Positions 24,000 through 36,814 of a stretch of DNA of 64,000 nucleotides are shown here, piece after piece. The notes beneath the pieces were generated by a model that saw only the letters and a list, made by a program, of their open reading frames with translations, did no database searches and had not been told where the DNA came from. A program made the translations under genes and the position numbers. Within the stretch, counting starts at the first letter, position 1. The number at the start of each line of letters is the position of its first letter. The stretch comes from Nemertoderma westbladi (lineage: Eukaryota; Animalia; Xenacoelomorpha): assembly GCA_032718475.1 (NCBI GenBank), contig JAUCBJ010008813.1:1-64000 (forward strand), in the 5' to 3' direction.

Positions 24000-24930
24000 T
24001 AAATATTGTTTAAAGAGAGACACCTATCTAGAGCCAACTACCAATCGTATATAAGCTTAGTACCCATCATCAATGTATCTTGTCCCATAGGTCTGGGATG
24101 GCTGTTAGATGAGGAGGATATGGTAATACCTGATTGGATGCATGTTCTACCAGCTCCATAATCTATCCTCTCTCTCTCTATCTATGCTGTATTGCAATTG
24201 TAAACCACCAACATGTATCTTCCGGTTGAGTACAAAACAAAGACCCAAGACTTTACTGCCTGTTCTGTACATAACAAAGAGGTGAAGTCGCGTTAGGTCC
24301 AGAAGAGCGATTAGTCCCATTGCTATTTAAAGGAGCAGGTTAATAAAGGAGCACGTTACTGAGGCGTGTTGGGGGAACCAAAACAATAAACGAAAGTTAA
24401 CACATGTTAGATGATTATGCAGGTCTTTATAATTGGGTGTTGAGTCTTTGTTTTGTACTCACTCTGTATCTGCCTACAAAACAAACATCAGCATCATTGC
24501 ATTGAGTTGTGCAAATTCAAGTCATGTACAGAAAGGAGGCGAAATGTGAATGAACTGAAGCTGTTGACGTGATTTTTGACTAACATATTTGCAATACTTG
24601 TTTTATTCGTACCCCAGGTGACACTTTAAAAATTACAAAAAAATTTCACGAATGTAATATCGCAGTTCTATAATCGCTTTCAGCATCCAAAAAAACCGCT
24701 ATATATCGCAAATAAATTAATTTTAGTGAATTATGAAAACTATTGAAAATCTTAGTACGAAAGTACTGGAGATGGGTGCCAGAAAGGGAGCACAGCACGA
24801 AACTAACATGACCATGTAAATGGCGTTTGCTCTGATGGACAACCCATTAAATTTTAGGAAAAGTCACGAAATCTCGTTTTTCCAAATAAACATTACTAAA
24901 TAAAAGATACAGATTAATTACAAAATTAAG

Positions 24931-25792
24931 CCGGGCGCGTATTCCCAATCTTTACACTACTAGGAACACATCTTGCATTAACACCTGGGATTGGTTAATG
25001 AGTTATTATTTGATTGGACGTTGAAATCATGTAAGGAATGGAAAGAGGGGTCGAACAAGTGTAAGGTTTTTATTAAGTGCTCCAAACGCTCCAAATAATA
25101 TAAACTCTTAAAACCTCTAGATGTCTAGATGGCGCGCTAGTGCAGTTCGATGCACACGAATAGCAGACGGACTATTCATAAGCAATTACTACTGTACAGT
25201 ACAGTACTATAATCGGCCTGCTGCATTGAAACTGCACATTGAGATGCTATGCCAGCTTGGCAAAAGTGTTTTGCCACAACCATGCAATCCACAATTGGCA
25301 AGCCAAATGCCGCGTACATTAAGAATTCTATCCCGGCTTATCAACAAAGTTGCACCGACACAATTCCCTATCCCCCGGCCCCATGACTTTCGCGAGATTA
25401 GCTGCACCTTCAAGGCCAGTGTCCTTTAGGAGGCGTCTTAAGAAAGTCATGGGCTGTCCATCATGCTTATTTTCTCTATGGGGCTGCCAAAGCACAATAT
25501 TGTGCGCAGTGTGGTCCTTATGTGTGGGGGCAGCTCATGCAGCCCTGTATAAACCATTACCCAATGTTCTACTGCCTAGAATAATATCAAACGTTAAGTC
25601 TACTCATCTAATACTGTTGGTGTAATAACCCTTACATGATTTCACCCAATTTCTCCATTCCTTACAGCGTTTGCAACACTTTCTACTGTACCTGCAAACT
25701 GAGTATAAAACTCTTACACTAGTTCGACCCCTATCTCCATTCCTTATATGATTTTTTCCTACTTGTGTAAGGTTTGGGAATACGCCCCCGGC
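24931..25792. mobile_element. MITE with long imperfect TIRs
   Basis: CCGGGCGCGTATTCCCAATCTTTACAC vs GTGTAAGGTTTGGGAATACGCCCCCGG; also GGAATGGAAAGAGGGGTCGAACAAGTGTAAG vs CTTACACTAGTTCGACCCCTATCTCCATTCC. Confidence 0.7.
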
Positions 25793-26675
25793 CCAAGTAG
25801 GATTAAATAAATAGGATTTAGTATTCAAAAATGTCATTATCGAAGGAATCATCTTTGCAGAAATCATCTAGGAACAATTATGATAAATATATATAAATTG
25901 AAGTGAATATAGTAAAAGAACCAACCTCTCTTTTGTGGCAGGTGTCAAGTCATTTGTTTTGTGTCATATCTGAGTCATCTTCAATTGCATCTGTAGTGGT
26001 AGTCATTGTAACCTGTGAAGGAGTGTTGTCTGAAATGCCATTTAGATGTCACTTGTCATTTTAAAGTGATTTGTAGTCACATCTTGATTTTTTTTATTGG
26101 CATAAATATTTGTTATAAAGTCATTATTTTGAAACAGGGTGGAATAAGAGATTAAATTGATGAAAAATAAAAATATTGCAAACAAGGGTATATCTTTGGA
26201 ACCATATATCACTGTTATAACAAAACAAATTTAGCTCTCAGTATACCAAAATTTTCCAAAACTAATATTCAATAAAATGTGGCAATTTGTTTTTAAAATA
26301 ATGGTATTGTTCTAGAATGGTAGCTATTTTTCTAAAACATGTCAATTTTCATTTAGCAGCGTTCCCATGGTAACAATAATTATATTCCAGAATTTTATGT
26401 CACATTTAGAATTGTTAGACCAGTATCTATCTTTTTCAAATAATGCAATGAATTTATATTGAGTTATTAGAATACTACAGCATGTTTGTTGTTTTACCAT
26501 TTCCAAGACAACCGGTGATAACACCAAGTCAGCTACCGATTCAGATTTGTTATCATATCTAAATGAATGGCCAGAAGCTAGGTCTTCCCAAAAATATCAG
26601 TTCCGGGTGGTTACCAAAAAGTATCCCCTATGCTGGCTGGCCCATGGACTATTATATATAATACAATTATTTAAC

Positions 26676-27378
26676 CAGGGGCGGACCGAAGGTGTGCATC
26701 GCCCAAGGGCAAATCGAACTAAAGCCCCCCGAGTATTTAATTGCAATTATTTTGAATTTTTAAATTCAAAATATTGAACTTTTAAATTGTATCGGCCTCT
26801 AATTAAAGTTGGTAAATAATATGTTATATTTATGTTCTGGAATGATTTCACGACTTGGGCTCCCAATGATTACCATGAAGGGCCCTACAGCAGGTTCTCA
26901 TGTCAAGTGATATTACGGCGCTGTTTATTTTGTACAATACTATTTATATGTGGAAGTAATTTATTATACCCCCACTCAGCACTACCTGAAGGGTACAGTA
27001 GCTAAGGTTTCAAAATATAAATTTTGGTGGCAAAAGTGGAGGCACTGTGCCCCCCTCGGAACCCGGTTTGTAAGTATCTGCCAGGTACGGAATACAGAAT
27101 GGAGATAAATATCCCATTCATATGTACTTTGTGTGCACGGTATTTTAAGAATAAAGTAACTTACTGTATGTCTGACTGTATGTAGGCCTACAGTAGAGTT
27201 GCTACGTTTATGTCACAAGTTTATCAATAAAAAATGTACGAATTTCAATAAAATTCCAAGTTTGAGTGCAAAAACGCATAATAATATTTATTTCATTACA
27301 TTTTTGCGCCCCCTTCCCCCCTTAGTTCTCTGCGCCCAGAGGCACCCCCCCCCCCCCCCCCCCCTTTGAACGCCCCTG
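26676..27378. mobile_element. Non-autonomous hAT-like element
   Basis: CAGGGGCG...CGCCCCTG termini with a perfect 8-bp TSD TATTTAAC (26668-26675 and 27379-27386). Confidence 0.88.
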
Positions 27379-28513
27379 TATTTAACTAATGGCTATAAGA
27401 CATCGTCTAAAAAAAATCAAATATGATTGAAATTTGGAATAAAATGAAGGGTGGGGCCTGGACTTGCTAAATTCTATTGTTGTATTAAGGGAGATGGTGT
27501 ATAATTTGTTATTATGATTTATATTGTTTTCATAAAACAAACTAACAAAATGTAGTCTACGTGCCCAATAGTTCACATATCTCTACTACTATAATATCGC
27601 AAAAGTACGACTACTCCTCCCCTGCAAGTTGCTAAATTGCCAATATAATTTATTATTTGTACTTACAGCACTGATCTATTTGAGTCTCAATTATTAATTC
27701 TAATCAATGAATATTCATACTATCATTCCACTGGGTGTACGTTTATGTATTGTATTGTATAATATAGTGTAATATTGTGTATAGTATACTGTAGTTTGTC
27801 TAAGCATTGCATAAAGAGGTCAATGTCGCATTAATTAAAATTAAATACACCGCCACAATTATTAGTAGTTGGTTTATTGTTTGGATATTCACATAGGATT
27901 CACTGGGGAGAGCTATCAGCTGACGGGGCAATACATTGCAAACTAATAGTTTCTGTTTGCTTACTGTACAACTTGGCAAGTAATATACTTCTCTGCAGTT
28001 TGGGCCTATCCATTAAATAGCATAGATAGTAGATACCTGCCAAGTAAAGCAGCTTTATACTGTTTGTTTGGGAGAACGCTCACTCATGTGACGTTTTGAT
28101 TTTAAATGGTGAAGAAGTTTGTATACTAGAAAGATCTTTCTAGTTGTAATAAAAGGGTCGGGGTAACGTTTATCTCACAAATCTCTCTCTAATCTTGTTA
28201 CACGACTACACGTCATTGTACAAATTCGGTAAGTCTAATAACGCCACCGGTTTTTTATATGCTGATATGGTGACAATCTGAATTCTGATAATATGGATGC
28301 ATATTCAAGAACAAGGCGGTCTAAGGACTAAGAGTCCAGTGCCTAATCGAAGGGTCTTTGATTAGGTTTTTTTACACATCCGACTTACAATATAATAATA
28401 ACAATTATTATCGCGTAACTATTTATATAGTAACTTCGCCAATTTCGGCTCACTGCACGCCATATTAAACCAACTGCCGTATATTTAAAGTAATATTTAT
28501 TCTTCATTTGCAG

Positions 28514-28584
28514 GCGAGTGCCAAGCAAACCCAGCCTATATGTACACACACTGTCAGACATCCTGTAACAAGTGTAACAACTAA
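28514..28584 (+). CDS. Multi-ShKT protein terminal exon F (C-terminal half of the last ShKT domain, stop)
   Basis: TTCATTTGCAG acceptor; (G)ECQANPAYMYTHCQTSCNKCNN* completes exon E in frame; AATAAA signals downstream (e.g. 28802). Confidence 0.88.
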
Positions 28585-29179
28585 TAATAACCAGAGAGAG
28601 CAAACAGACATAATTTATCTGTCTGTTTGTTAAGTAGAAAGAAGAATACCAACAAACTTACATGTAAAATGTTAAAATTTAACATTTATTTTGTGGTGGG
28701 ATATATTAATCTAGTTAATTTAACATTATTATTTATATGCTGGGATATATTTACTGACTTTAACAAATATTATTGTGTGGTGGGATATATATGATACTAC
28801 AAATAAACTTTATTGTATATGGTGGGTTTATGAACCTTTTATGACTTTTATGAGACTAAGATATTTGATCATGGTGATCGTTATCATTAACATCTTAAAT
28901 TATCTACAGTGTTTGTTCTCCTTTATTTCGAATCAATAAAATTATTATTGGTATGATCTGTACCAGGCCTACATGTGTATGTGGTGTTACTGTATATGAA
29001 TATTGTCAAATTGGAGAACCTTTAAATAAACATTGATTGCTCGGTGTGTGAAACAAACTCCATATTAACTTTTACGACTTTTCTTAAAAAATATTTAGTC
29101 TTCGTAATAGTGACAACGGTTTCAAAAATATATAGAGTGCGTCTTCAGTTATAGCCCCATTTTTGAACACTACTTTTGG

Positions 29180-30340
29180 TACCGTCAAGTGGGGTGACTT
29201 GGATAGATTTTTTGGGTTTTTTGTTAATTTCAAATAGATATTATGGTTGCAATGGGCCCAAATTTGGAATATATATCACCACACTATTTGGGTACCTCAA
29301 TTTAATGTATTTACCATAATATTATGATAGAAACAGTGATAAATTGGCATCCGACTGACTATCTAACTCGCCCCACCAGTTGAGGCGACTTGGATAACAG
29401 ATATAATTTATGCTAAAATGAACCATGATTACCAGCTAGATGGGGTGAAATGGATAGGTTATTCACAGTGCCCCCACCCACAGGTAGTCGGAGCAGGGAG
29501 TTTTCACATGATTGTATCGAATAAGTGGATTCCAGTTTCAGGTACATCCTGAAAACAAACACTGACCGAATCAGTAAATTTCATCAAGGTTTTTATTCTC
29601 TTGGCATATTTAACATTACATTCATTATCCTCTAGAGTCACAGACAGAACTTGGGAAACAACGTTTTTTGAGGCAACTGAACATGTTTTGTCGTAAGATC
29701 TATTCACAGATACTAGAAGCCAATCGCCAATATGCAGTTCTCTACCTATATCTTCTTCCGAACTACTGTTGCTTATTTCACTCCACACAGAAACATCCAC
29801 GTCAACTTCATCACCTGGATCAGCATTGCAGCTACTGTTTAAATCCTCTGGGGTATTTTGTGGTACCGGTATAGAATTTGGGGTGTTCTCCTCTGAATGA
29901 GAGTCGAGTAAGTCATCTGCTGTAATTGGTTTACCTGGTATCACTTTCCCACGTTTACGGTTTTGTAGTTTTGATGGGCCAACATGTTGCTGTAATAACT
30001 TAACTACAGCATCTCCTAAATCAGCCCGGACTTGAGCTTCTGAAATCGTTGAACTAGCAGATGGTAAACGCTTCAGAACTTGGTTAAGATCTATAGGGTA
30101 CAATCCACATGCTTTAAACCCGGAAATAAGGTTATGATTCTTCTTTACAAGTTCAAAAAATACATGTTTGAGTAGAACTGGAAAGACAGTTCTTGGAATA
30201 CCACCAGTAAAATTAGACTCTCTCCTCCATTCTGCAAGAATAGATCTCCAAGTAGCTCTCAGTGGCCCAAAGACCGCAACGTCAAGCGGTTGTAATAAAT
30301 GTGTTGAGTTTGTAAGAAGACATGAATTTAATGTTTCTAT
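29180..30340 (-). mobile_element. pogo/Tigger-like (DDE_1) transposon, 3' fragment
   Basis: Minus strand NSTHLLQPLDVAVFGPLRATW...NLISGFKACGLYPID; terminus TA-CCGTCAAGTGGGGTGACTTGGATAG with subterminal GGGGTGA.TGGATAG-like repeats. Confidence 0.8.
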
Positions 30341-33174
30341 ATTCTCACAACTACAGTCACGCTCTCAACCACAATCATTTTGTTCCACCTACTCCACCTA
30401 AAATCCATCTGAATCCACATTAATGGCCACTTCCACCTGATATCCACCCATAGTCCACGTACTCAACTTATATCTTAATGTTGTTTGTCTGTCAATAATG
30501 CAACACAGTTCCCTATCGTAACAACTATTCTTTGTAACTTTATCTCGGTATCGGTTCAATTGTGGGAATGGGGTTCACGACTCAAATTCAAAACCAGATT
30601 AATTAGATGCAATAATATCACAGAAACACAATGGCGTTTACATAATTCAATAAGATGCTAAAATAGCCGAGATATTGGTGTTTTCAGTTAAAACTTATTC
30701 AGAATATGAAAACGATCTGTGATTGGTCGTGACGTCACTATACGCCTCCGAATCCCATTGTCATCAACATTCAGATACCTAATACAATCTTTAATAATAA
30801 TAAATGAATTATTGAACATTATGGAGAGCATTATCATATTGTCCTATCTACATAATACTATCTTTGTATAAATTGGGGTAGTTTGTTACTGCAGCGACTG
30901 TTATTTTTACGGCGAATGGAGAGTAAACGGGACAACGGCAAGGTACAAGGAGGAGTGAACAGGGGTTCCCGGAACAACGGCAACGGCAAGGAGGAGCGAA
31001 TACGGCGAATGGGAGTACCTGGACTGCTGGAGCTGCGAGCCGGAACGGAATGCCCATGGCAATGTCCCATTAAGCCTACTATGACGGTACGACGGCGACG
31101 TACGACGGCAAAGGAAAAAAATGATGTACGTATAGGCCTACATAGATATTATGACCTGGCGGGTTCAGGCAAGAGGAGAATGAATGACATTGTATATGTA
31201 TGGGCCGTATCAGATGTGTACTGTACAGTCAAGGAGGAATCGACCAACGGTTAGTGTTAACTCTTATCATGGGGGTCTGAGGATGAGTGTGTGATTCGAC
31301 AAAATGCTAACAATGATACCGGAACTAGTGGCGACGTAGTCGCTTATGTATTGCTGCAAAGCGCTGTTAGAAACGACTGAACATTGAACGATGTTTGGTT
31401 GCCTAACAGGGTTGGTTTAACTATCTTACTAGAAAGCATTCAGCGTATTCAATTGTCCTCGGGGGCAATTCCGCTCCCCACAAGTGCATTACAGCAGTTT
31501 TATCACAATTTGTATGTAGACCATCTCCCTCATTGACCGTGATGACTTAGCCCGTACCCTAATGAGCGTTATATCATATCCCACCCCACCCAATGGTTAG
31601 TGATAGGAAATAATAAAATCTTACAATGTCATGAATTTGTATGTAGGACACCCCCCCCCCCCCCCTCTTGACTTTGGAATTAATATATTCATCACATCTA
31701 CTCTTTCCATCCCATCCTTATAATAAATTATCATTTACACATTCATTGCAGTAGAAATCATCGTCGTTATCGTTGCAGATATCGCACTGATATATTTGAT
31801 GTTTCAGAGGCCCTATACTTGTACGTGGCGAAAGTAACCCTGTTGTCCGCCATGTGCACCTGGGTTACTGTCAGTCAGTCACAACCCACCGTCCCATCCA
31901 AGGCATATTATATACTACGCCTTGGCATATAGTACGTCTTGGTCCCATCCCCAGGGCCGTATTTAGGGGGGGGGGGGGGGGCAGGCCCCCCACCACAGTC
32001 CCCCCCCCCCCCCCCCCACCACGATATAGGGATCGACAGAACTATAGAGGAGTCGGAAGGAACCGTAATCGAACATGGTAATTTTGAATTTTACCACTTA
32101 TTAAATCCCAAAATAGGCCTATGTGAGAAACAAAAATAAAAAGTTATGAAATGAACGTGAAATGAGAAGGGGTAAAATCCGTATTAAAAATAGGTCAATT
32201 TGACCTATGGGTAAGTGTTTTAAAGGGAGATTAAAAATAGGTAAATGTTGGGGTAACTGCCGATTTACTAAATTTCAATAATAATATACATTATTACACT
32301 CTGTAACCGTAACAAAAACATATTACATCGAAATATCGAAAAAGTATACCGAGAAACGGTTGATATCGTACGCATATTGCATACACGAGATCAAATACAT
32401 GTAATTCAATTATTATTATAATAAATTTCTAAATTAATCACAGACAACCAGAATTATAGTTTGGCCTTCGCTGAGTCATCTATCCGTTGGTTCCGGTAGT
32501 CTAAAATCAGGCGTAAAGTGAAGATGTGATTGACCGGCTTCATTTTGTTCAAAAAATGAATATCTCGTATGAGTAACACGAGGGCTCGTGTTAGAAAAAT
32601 ATTTTTCTCATGTCCCTTCCCGGGCTCCGTAGGTTAGTGCATTGCAGGCATTGTTTCGCCACATTTAGGTCGAATTGTAGAAGAAAGTAAAGAAAATGTG
32701 TCACTTGCAACTGAAGGAATGCTTAAAGTAAACAAACCTTACCTAAATTTACAAAGCGTGGGATCGATATCTGGGTGTAATTTGGTCGCATCGTTAGCGT
32801 GGAATAGGGGAAATTCACTTACTTTGATAGGACTATGTGTTAGTAACACGAGCCCTCGTGTTAGCTATCACGAGCCCTCGTGTTAGTATCACGAGCCCTC
32901 GTGTTAGTAACACGAGCCCTCGTGTTAGTAACACGAGCCCTCGTGTTAGTAACACGAGCCCTCGTGTTAGTAACACGAGCCCTCCTGTTAGCTAACACGA
33001 CCATTTACGTTAATATTACAAATTTGGAGTTGTTTGATTGGTTGTAGTAACATAGGAGAACTAAATTGGAGGGAAATTAAAATTGTATATCAGTGGTTCC
33101 TATGTTACTGTTCAGTATAGGCCTATTATATATTTCGCGTTTCTCTTAACGGCTGCAGGTATACTGACTTAAGT

Positions 33175-34527
33175 GTGAATATGAATAACGAACTTGAAAC
33201 ATTCATGAGAGAACGAAGCTTGGGCGAGTTCATTCCTCGGATGGTAACCGACAAGATAAGCCCAGAAATTATATTACTACTAAATGATGTTGAACTGAAA
33301 CTTTACTTACCAGCATACGGCGACCGAGTTTCTGTAAAGGCATTTTGTAGGCAGATGAACGGTGCCAGTAGTTCTAATAATCCTAACCCAACCTCTGAAT
33401 CGAACGCCGACTCTAATGGAAATACTGTATTGGATCGGATACGAAATAGGCTGGGAATAGCTAAAGGTTCAAAACGAATCCGAGATCAGGATGTTAATAT
33501 GAAAGGTACATATGCTAAGAAATCTTGCTCGAGGTTGGAGCTTGGTTGGCTTCACTACCGATCTGAGGATCGAGGTTTTGTTCAAGTGCGGCAGAAGTCT
33601 GGGGGTGGAATACGCCATCTGACTGAAGATAAGAAAACGACATTGCGAGAAATTTTAGATAAGGGGGTGGCTCTATTTTTCGTTGGGGGGATTTCGTCTT
33701 GGGGTGCTTTAGCGGACATGGATGTTGATATCCGAGATTTTAAAGGGTCGGTTTTTACTAATCTTTCTGTTAGTTGGAGAATTTTATGAAGAAACAAAGC
33801 TAGGTATACTTCGATTAATTGGTTCAAAATTAAAATTAGAAGTTTCCTCAGCCGATCCACCGGCTGAAATCTTGTCAACCTATCCAGATCCACATTCCGC
33901 TATCACGGAAGATCATCCTTCATCCATCTCTGAAGATCATCCTTCTGTCATCTTGGAAGTTCAGCCCTCTGTTAGATTCTCGGTCTCGGAAGATCGGCCT
34001 ACCGTCATGTCCGAAGATCCGCTTTCCTCTATCATCTCTAGGGATACGGCAGTTGAAAGTAACTTTGACGTCAACGATCAACTTGTTGTGAATACGCCGG
34101 ATTCACTCCATGGAATTTAATTAGTTTGGTAGAACAGCTTAACGAGGAGGGAAGAAACATCATCAACGTCGATAGAGAAGATGTTATGGTTGGAGCAATG
34201 CGGGGGTTTACTCGAAGTACCTTCAATCCCTGTTTACCCTTGGATGTACAGTTTAGTGACGAGGACGGAATGTATGCAGGGGGTCCTCGTAGGGAGTTCA
34301 TGCGACTCGCCATGCATGCTATTTCCAGAGCACCTTTGAAGGACCAGATACTGCTAAATGATTTGCTCTTGATTATAACAGTTAAATATTTAGACCAATT
34401 TGTTAGTGTCTATTTTTTTTTTGCAGGTGTAATTAACAACAAATATGTCATTATTGGCCGCATGATTGCATATATGATAGTCCATCGTGGCCCACTTCCC
34501 TTATTCTTTTCACCATTTACCGTTTAG
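33175..34527 (+). pseudogene. Transposon cargo gene: SAM-like N-terminus plus G2E3-like HECT N-lobe, frameshifted and truncated
   Basis: LLNDVELKLYLPAYGDRVSVKAFC; RLELGWLH...QVRQKSGGGIR; INVDREDV...FNP..PLDVQFSDEDG..GGPRREFMRL. Confidence 0.65.
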
Positions 34528-34989
34528 GCGAACAATACATAATATTAGGTCGACCTCTTGGAACGTTGGGATTTCTTGAAGGACGAATAAGATGGTGGTT
34601 CCAAACTGTCTAGTTCGTTTTGAATTAGTGAAGTAAAACAGAACTGAACAACAGCCTTTGAAACAAAGTCTCCAGGGAGTTTACCTTCTGCCTGCAATTC
34701 TTTAAATAATTCTATCCAGAACTGTGCGTTATCCTTCCGAAGAACCCCCCACCAATCCAGCCCCCCACCTTCCCGATCCAGCCAATTGATTTTTAATAAA
34801 TTCTACAACTTCTTCCAATGGTGTATAATTTCGACGTTGTAATCCGAAATCTCTAAATAAACGTTTTAGTTGTCGCTCACCAATGTTTATCCCATCATGA
34901 TCATTGGCGAGTACAGACGAAATATCTTTATAAGGCATGCTAAGGTCAAAATACATTTTGAGAAGCGGCATTAACTGATCAGGCCACAT
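34528..34989 (-). pseudogene. Transposase remnant (Clr5-like HTH N-terminus fused to integrase-core C-terminus; catalytic middle deleted)
   Basis: LLKMYFDLSMPYKDISSVLANDH..IGERQLKRLFRDFGLQRR...FIKNQLAGSG; then FWIELFKEL...QFCF..LIQNELD and, after a frameshift, WNHHLIRPSRNPNVPRGRP. Confidence 0.72.
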
Positions 34990-35720
34990 AATGTCAAAAT
35001 GTGCTGGGCATGCAATAGTTCGCGTTGCTAAGTTGAATTACTGCGAATTCAATTAAGTGGCAAACCTCGAACTGTTGTCATACACGAAACATACAGGAAC
35101 AGAACAGAAACGTAAGAACCACTGAGATACAATTCTAATTTCCCTCCAATTTAGTTGTCCTATGTTACTACAACCAATCAAACAACTACAAATTTGTAAT
35201 ATTAACGTAAATGGTCGTTGGAGGTAACATGAGGGCACGTGTTAGCTAACACGAGGGCTCGTGTTAGTAACACGATGGCTCGTGTTAGTAACACGAGGGC
35301 TCGTGTTAGTAACACGAGGGCTCGTGTTAGAAAAATGTTTTTCTCATGTCCCTTCCCGGGCTCCGTACTAACCGGACCAAAGTAGAAAGTTTTAGTTTAC
35401 CAAGCAGCCAAGTCAGCAAGTTGAAGTAGGCCTAACGACTATGGTAAAGTAGTTATAAACAAGTTGACAAGCAGAACAAACAAAATTCCGATATTTTTAT
35501 TTAATTTACCACTGATTTTTTTCATTATATTTCAAAATAAAATAAACGTTATGCATGTGGTGCTCTGGTTCCATATACAATTCGCCATCAATTATGTTCT
35601 GCGGCCGAAAAAATGCAAGTCAGAACAAAACTTTTGGTCCCGAGTACCACATTGCTAATATACAGTACTACCAAAGCGAATCAATTCCACGAACCATTTA
35701 GGGCTTAAATCTCGTCTGAT

Positions 35721-35930
35721 CGATATATTTTGGAGATACTTCATTAATTTTAAACATTACACAATTGATAATTCTTGTAGCTGGACAGTGTATTGCAGCT
35801 ATGTCTTAATGAACTGTTGAAACACGATATATTTTGGAGATACTTCATTAATTTTAAACATTACTCAATTGATAATTCTTGTAGCTAGACAGTGTATTGC
35901 AGCTATGTCTTAATGATCTGTTGAAACAAT
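35721..35930. repeat. Tandem duplication, ~104 bp x2
   Basis: CGATATATTTTGGAGATACTTCATT...CTGTTGAAACA repeated with few substitutions. Confidence 0.9.
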
Positions 35931-36814
35931 AACTATCATCTTCGATGATAGATGATTTTGATTTATACCCATAGATAACGACGTATAATGCTTTTATTAA
36001 TACATATTTTATTTCACTTCACATCCACTCTGGCCCTTTTAATACGCATATATTTCATCTAAATTTAAATTTAATACGCATATATTTCATCTAAATTTAA
36101 ATTTAATACTCATATATTTATCTCATTCCATATGACATCTAGTCTGTCTCATAATTATTAGCAATGAAAAATAATTTTGCCAAAACCCATTAATGGAATA
36201 TTTATTATCTATTATATTTTTAAGTGTAACATTAAAATACAGTAATAATTTTAATTCGGTGTATTTTAATGTACTTTATTTATTGACTCACATTTTAAAA
36301 TACGTATGTTTATTTTTATGAGGGAACCCCATCATCATAATACTATAGTTAATTTGTCAGCATAAGTTATCTTTGTTCTAAGTTACAGAATGGTGTAAAT
36401 TTATATTAATAAATAATGATAATAATAATATTACATTAGTTATTATTTATAAATATAATGTAGAACTTCGATCTTGACGACTTTCAAACAGGTGTCGGAG
36501 CAGTTCCTACTGACTACTCCTCTTGTAACGAACGTAACAACTAAAAAACAAATATATTGAATAACTTATTATTAATAGCTTATTTAAGGGAGTAAAGTGA
36601 ATCTTTGGGCCAAAACGTCCGACAAGCAAATCTTGTTTTTCACTCATTGGGCCGAAACGTCCTAGGCCAAAACGTCTTAGACCGAAACGTCTGTTACACG
36701 GATTTTACCTCTACCCTGTGAAATGGGAAAAAAATGTAAATCAGTCCAATGGGAACCTGAGGTTGGTAGGGTGGCTGCAATGCGATTGCACAACGGTAGT
36801 ACCGGTAACTCTTC

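Larger units (their letters stand above)
9264..26657. mobile_element. Large element bounded by ~600-bp inverted repeats (9264-9869 and 26030-26657), interior filled with nested insertions
   Basis: ATATAATAGTACAAGGGCCAGCCAGCATAGGGGATAC... on the left mirrors ...GTATCCCCTATGCTGGCTGGCCCATGGACTATTATAT on the right; ORFs 9396-9578(+) and 26342-26527(-) are near-identical as a result. Confidence 0.8.
32575..35367. mobile_element. IS3EU-like DNA transposon (internally deleted), two convergent genes, left terminus inverted
   Basis: TACGG-type terminus (..GGGCTCCGTA), 6-bp TSD CTAACC, 21-bp quasi-palindromic subterminal repeats, inner inverted repeats 33001-33100 / 35115-35215. Confidence 0.75.

Noticed and set aside
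9264-26657. Polinton/Maverick call for the long-TIR element
   Set aside because: No pPolB, integrase, ATPase or capsid ORFs and no direct 6-bp TSD; the size is due to nested insertions
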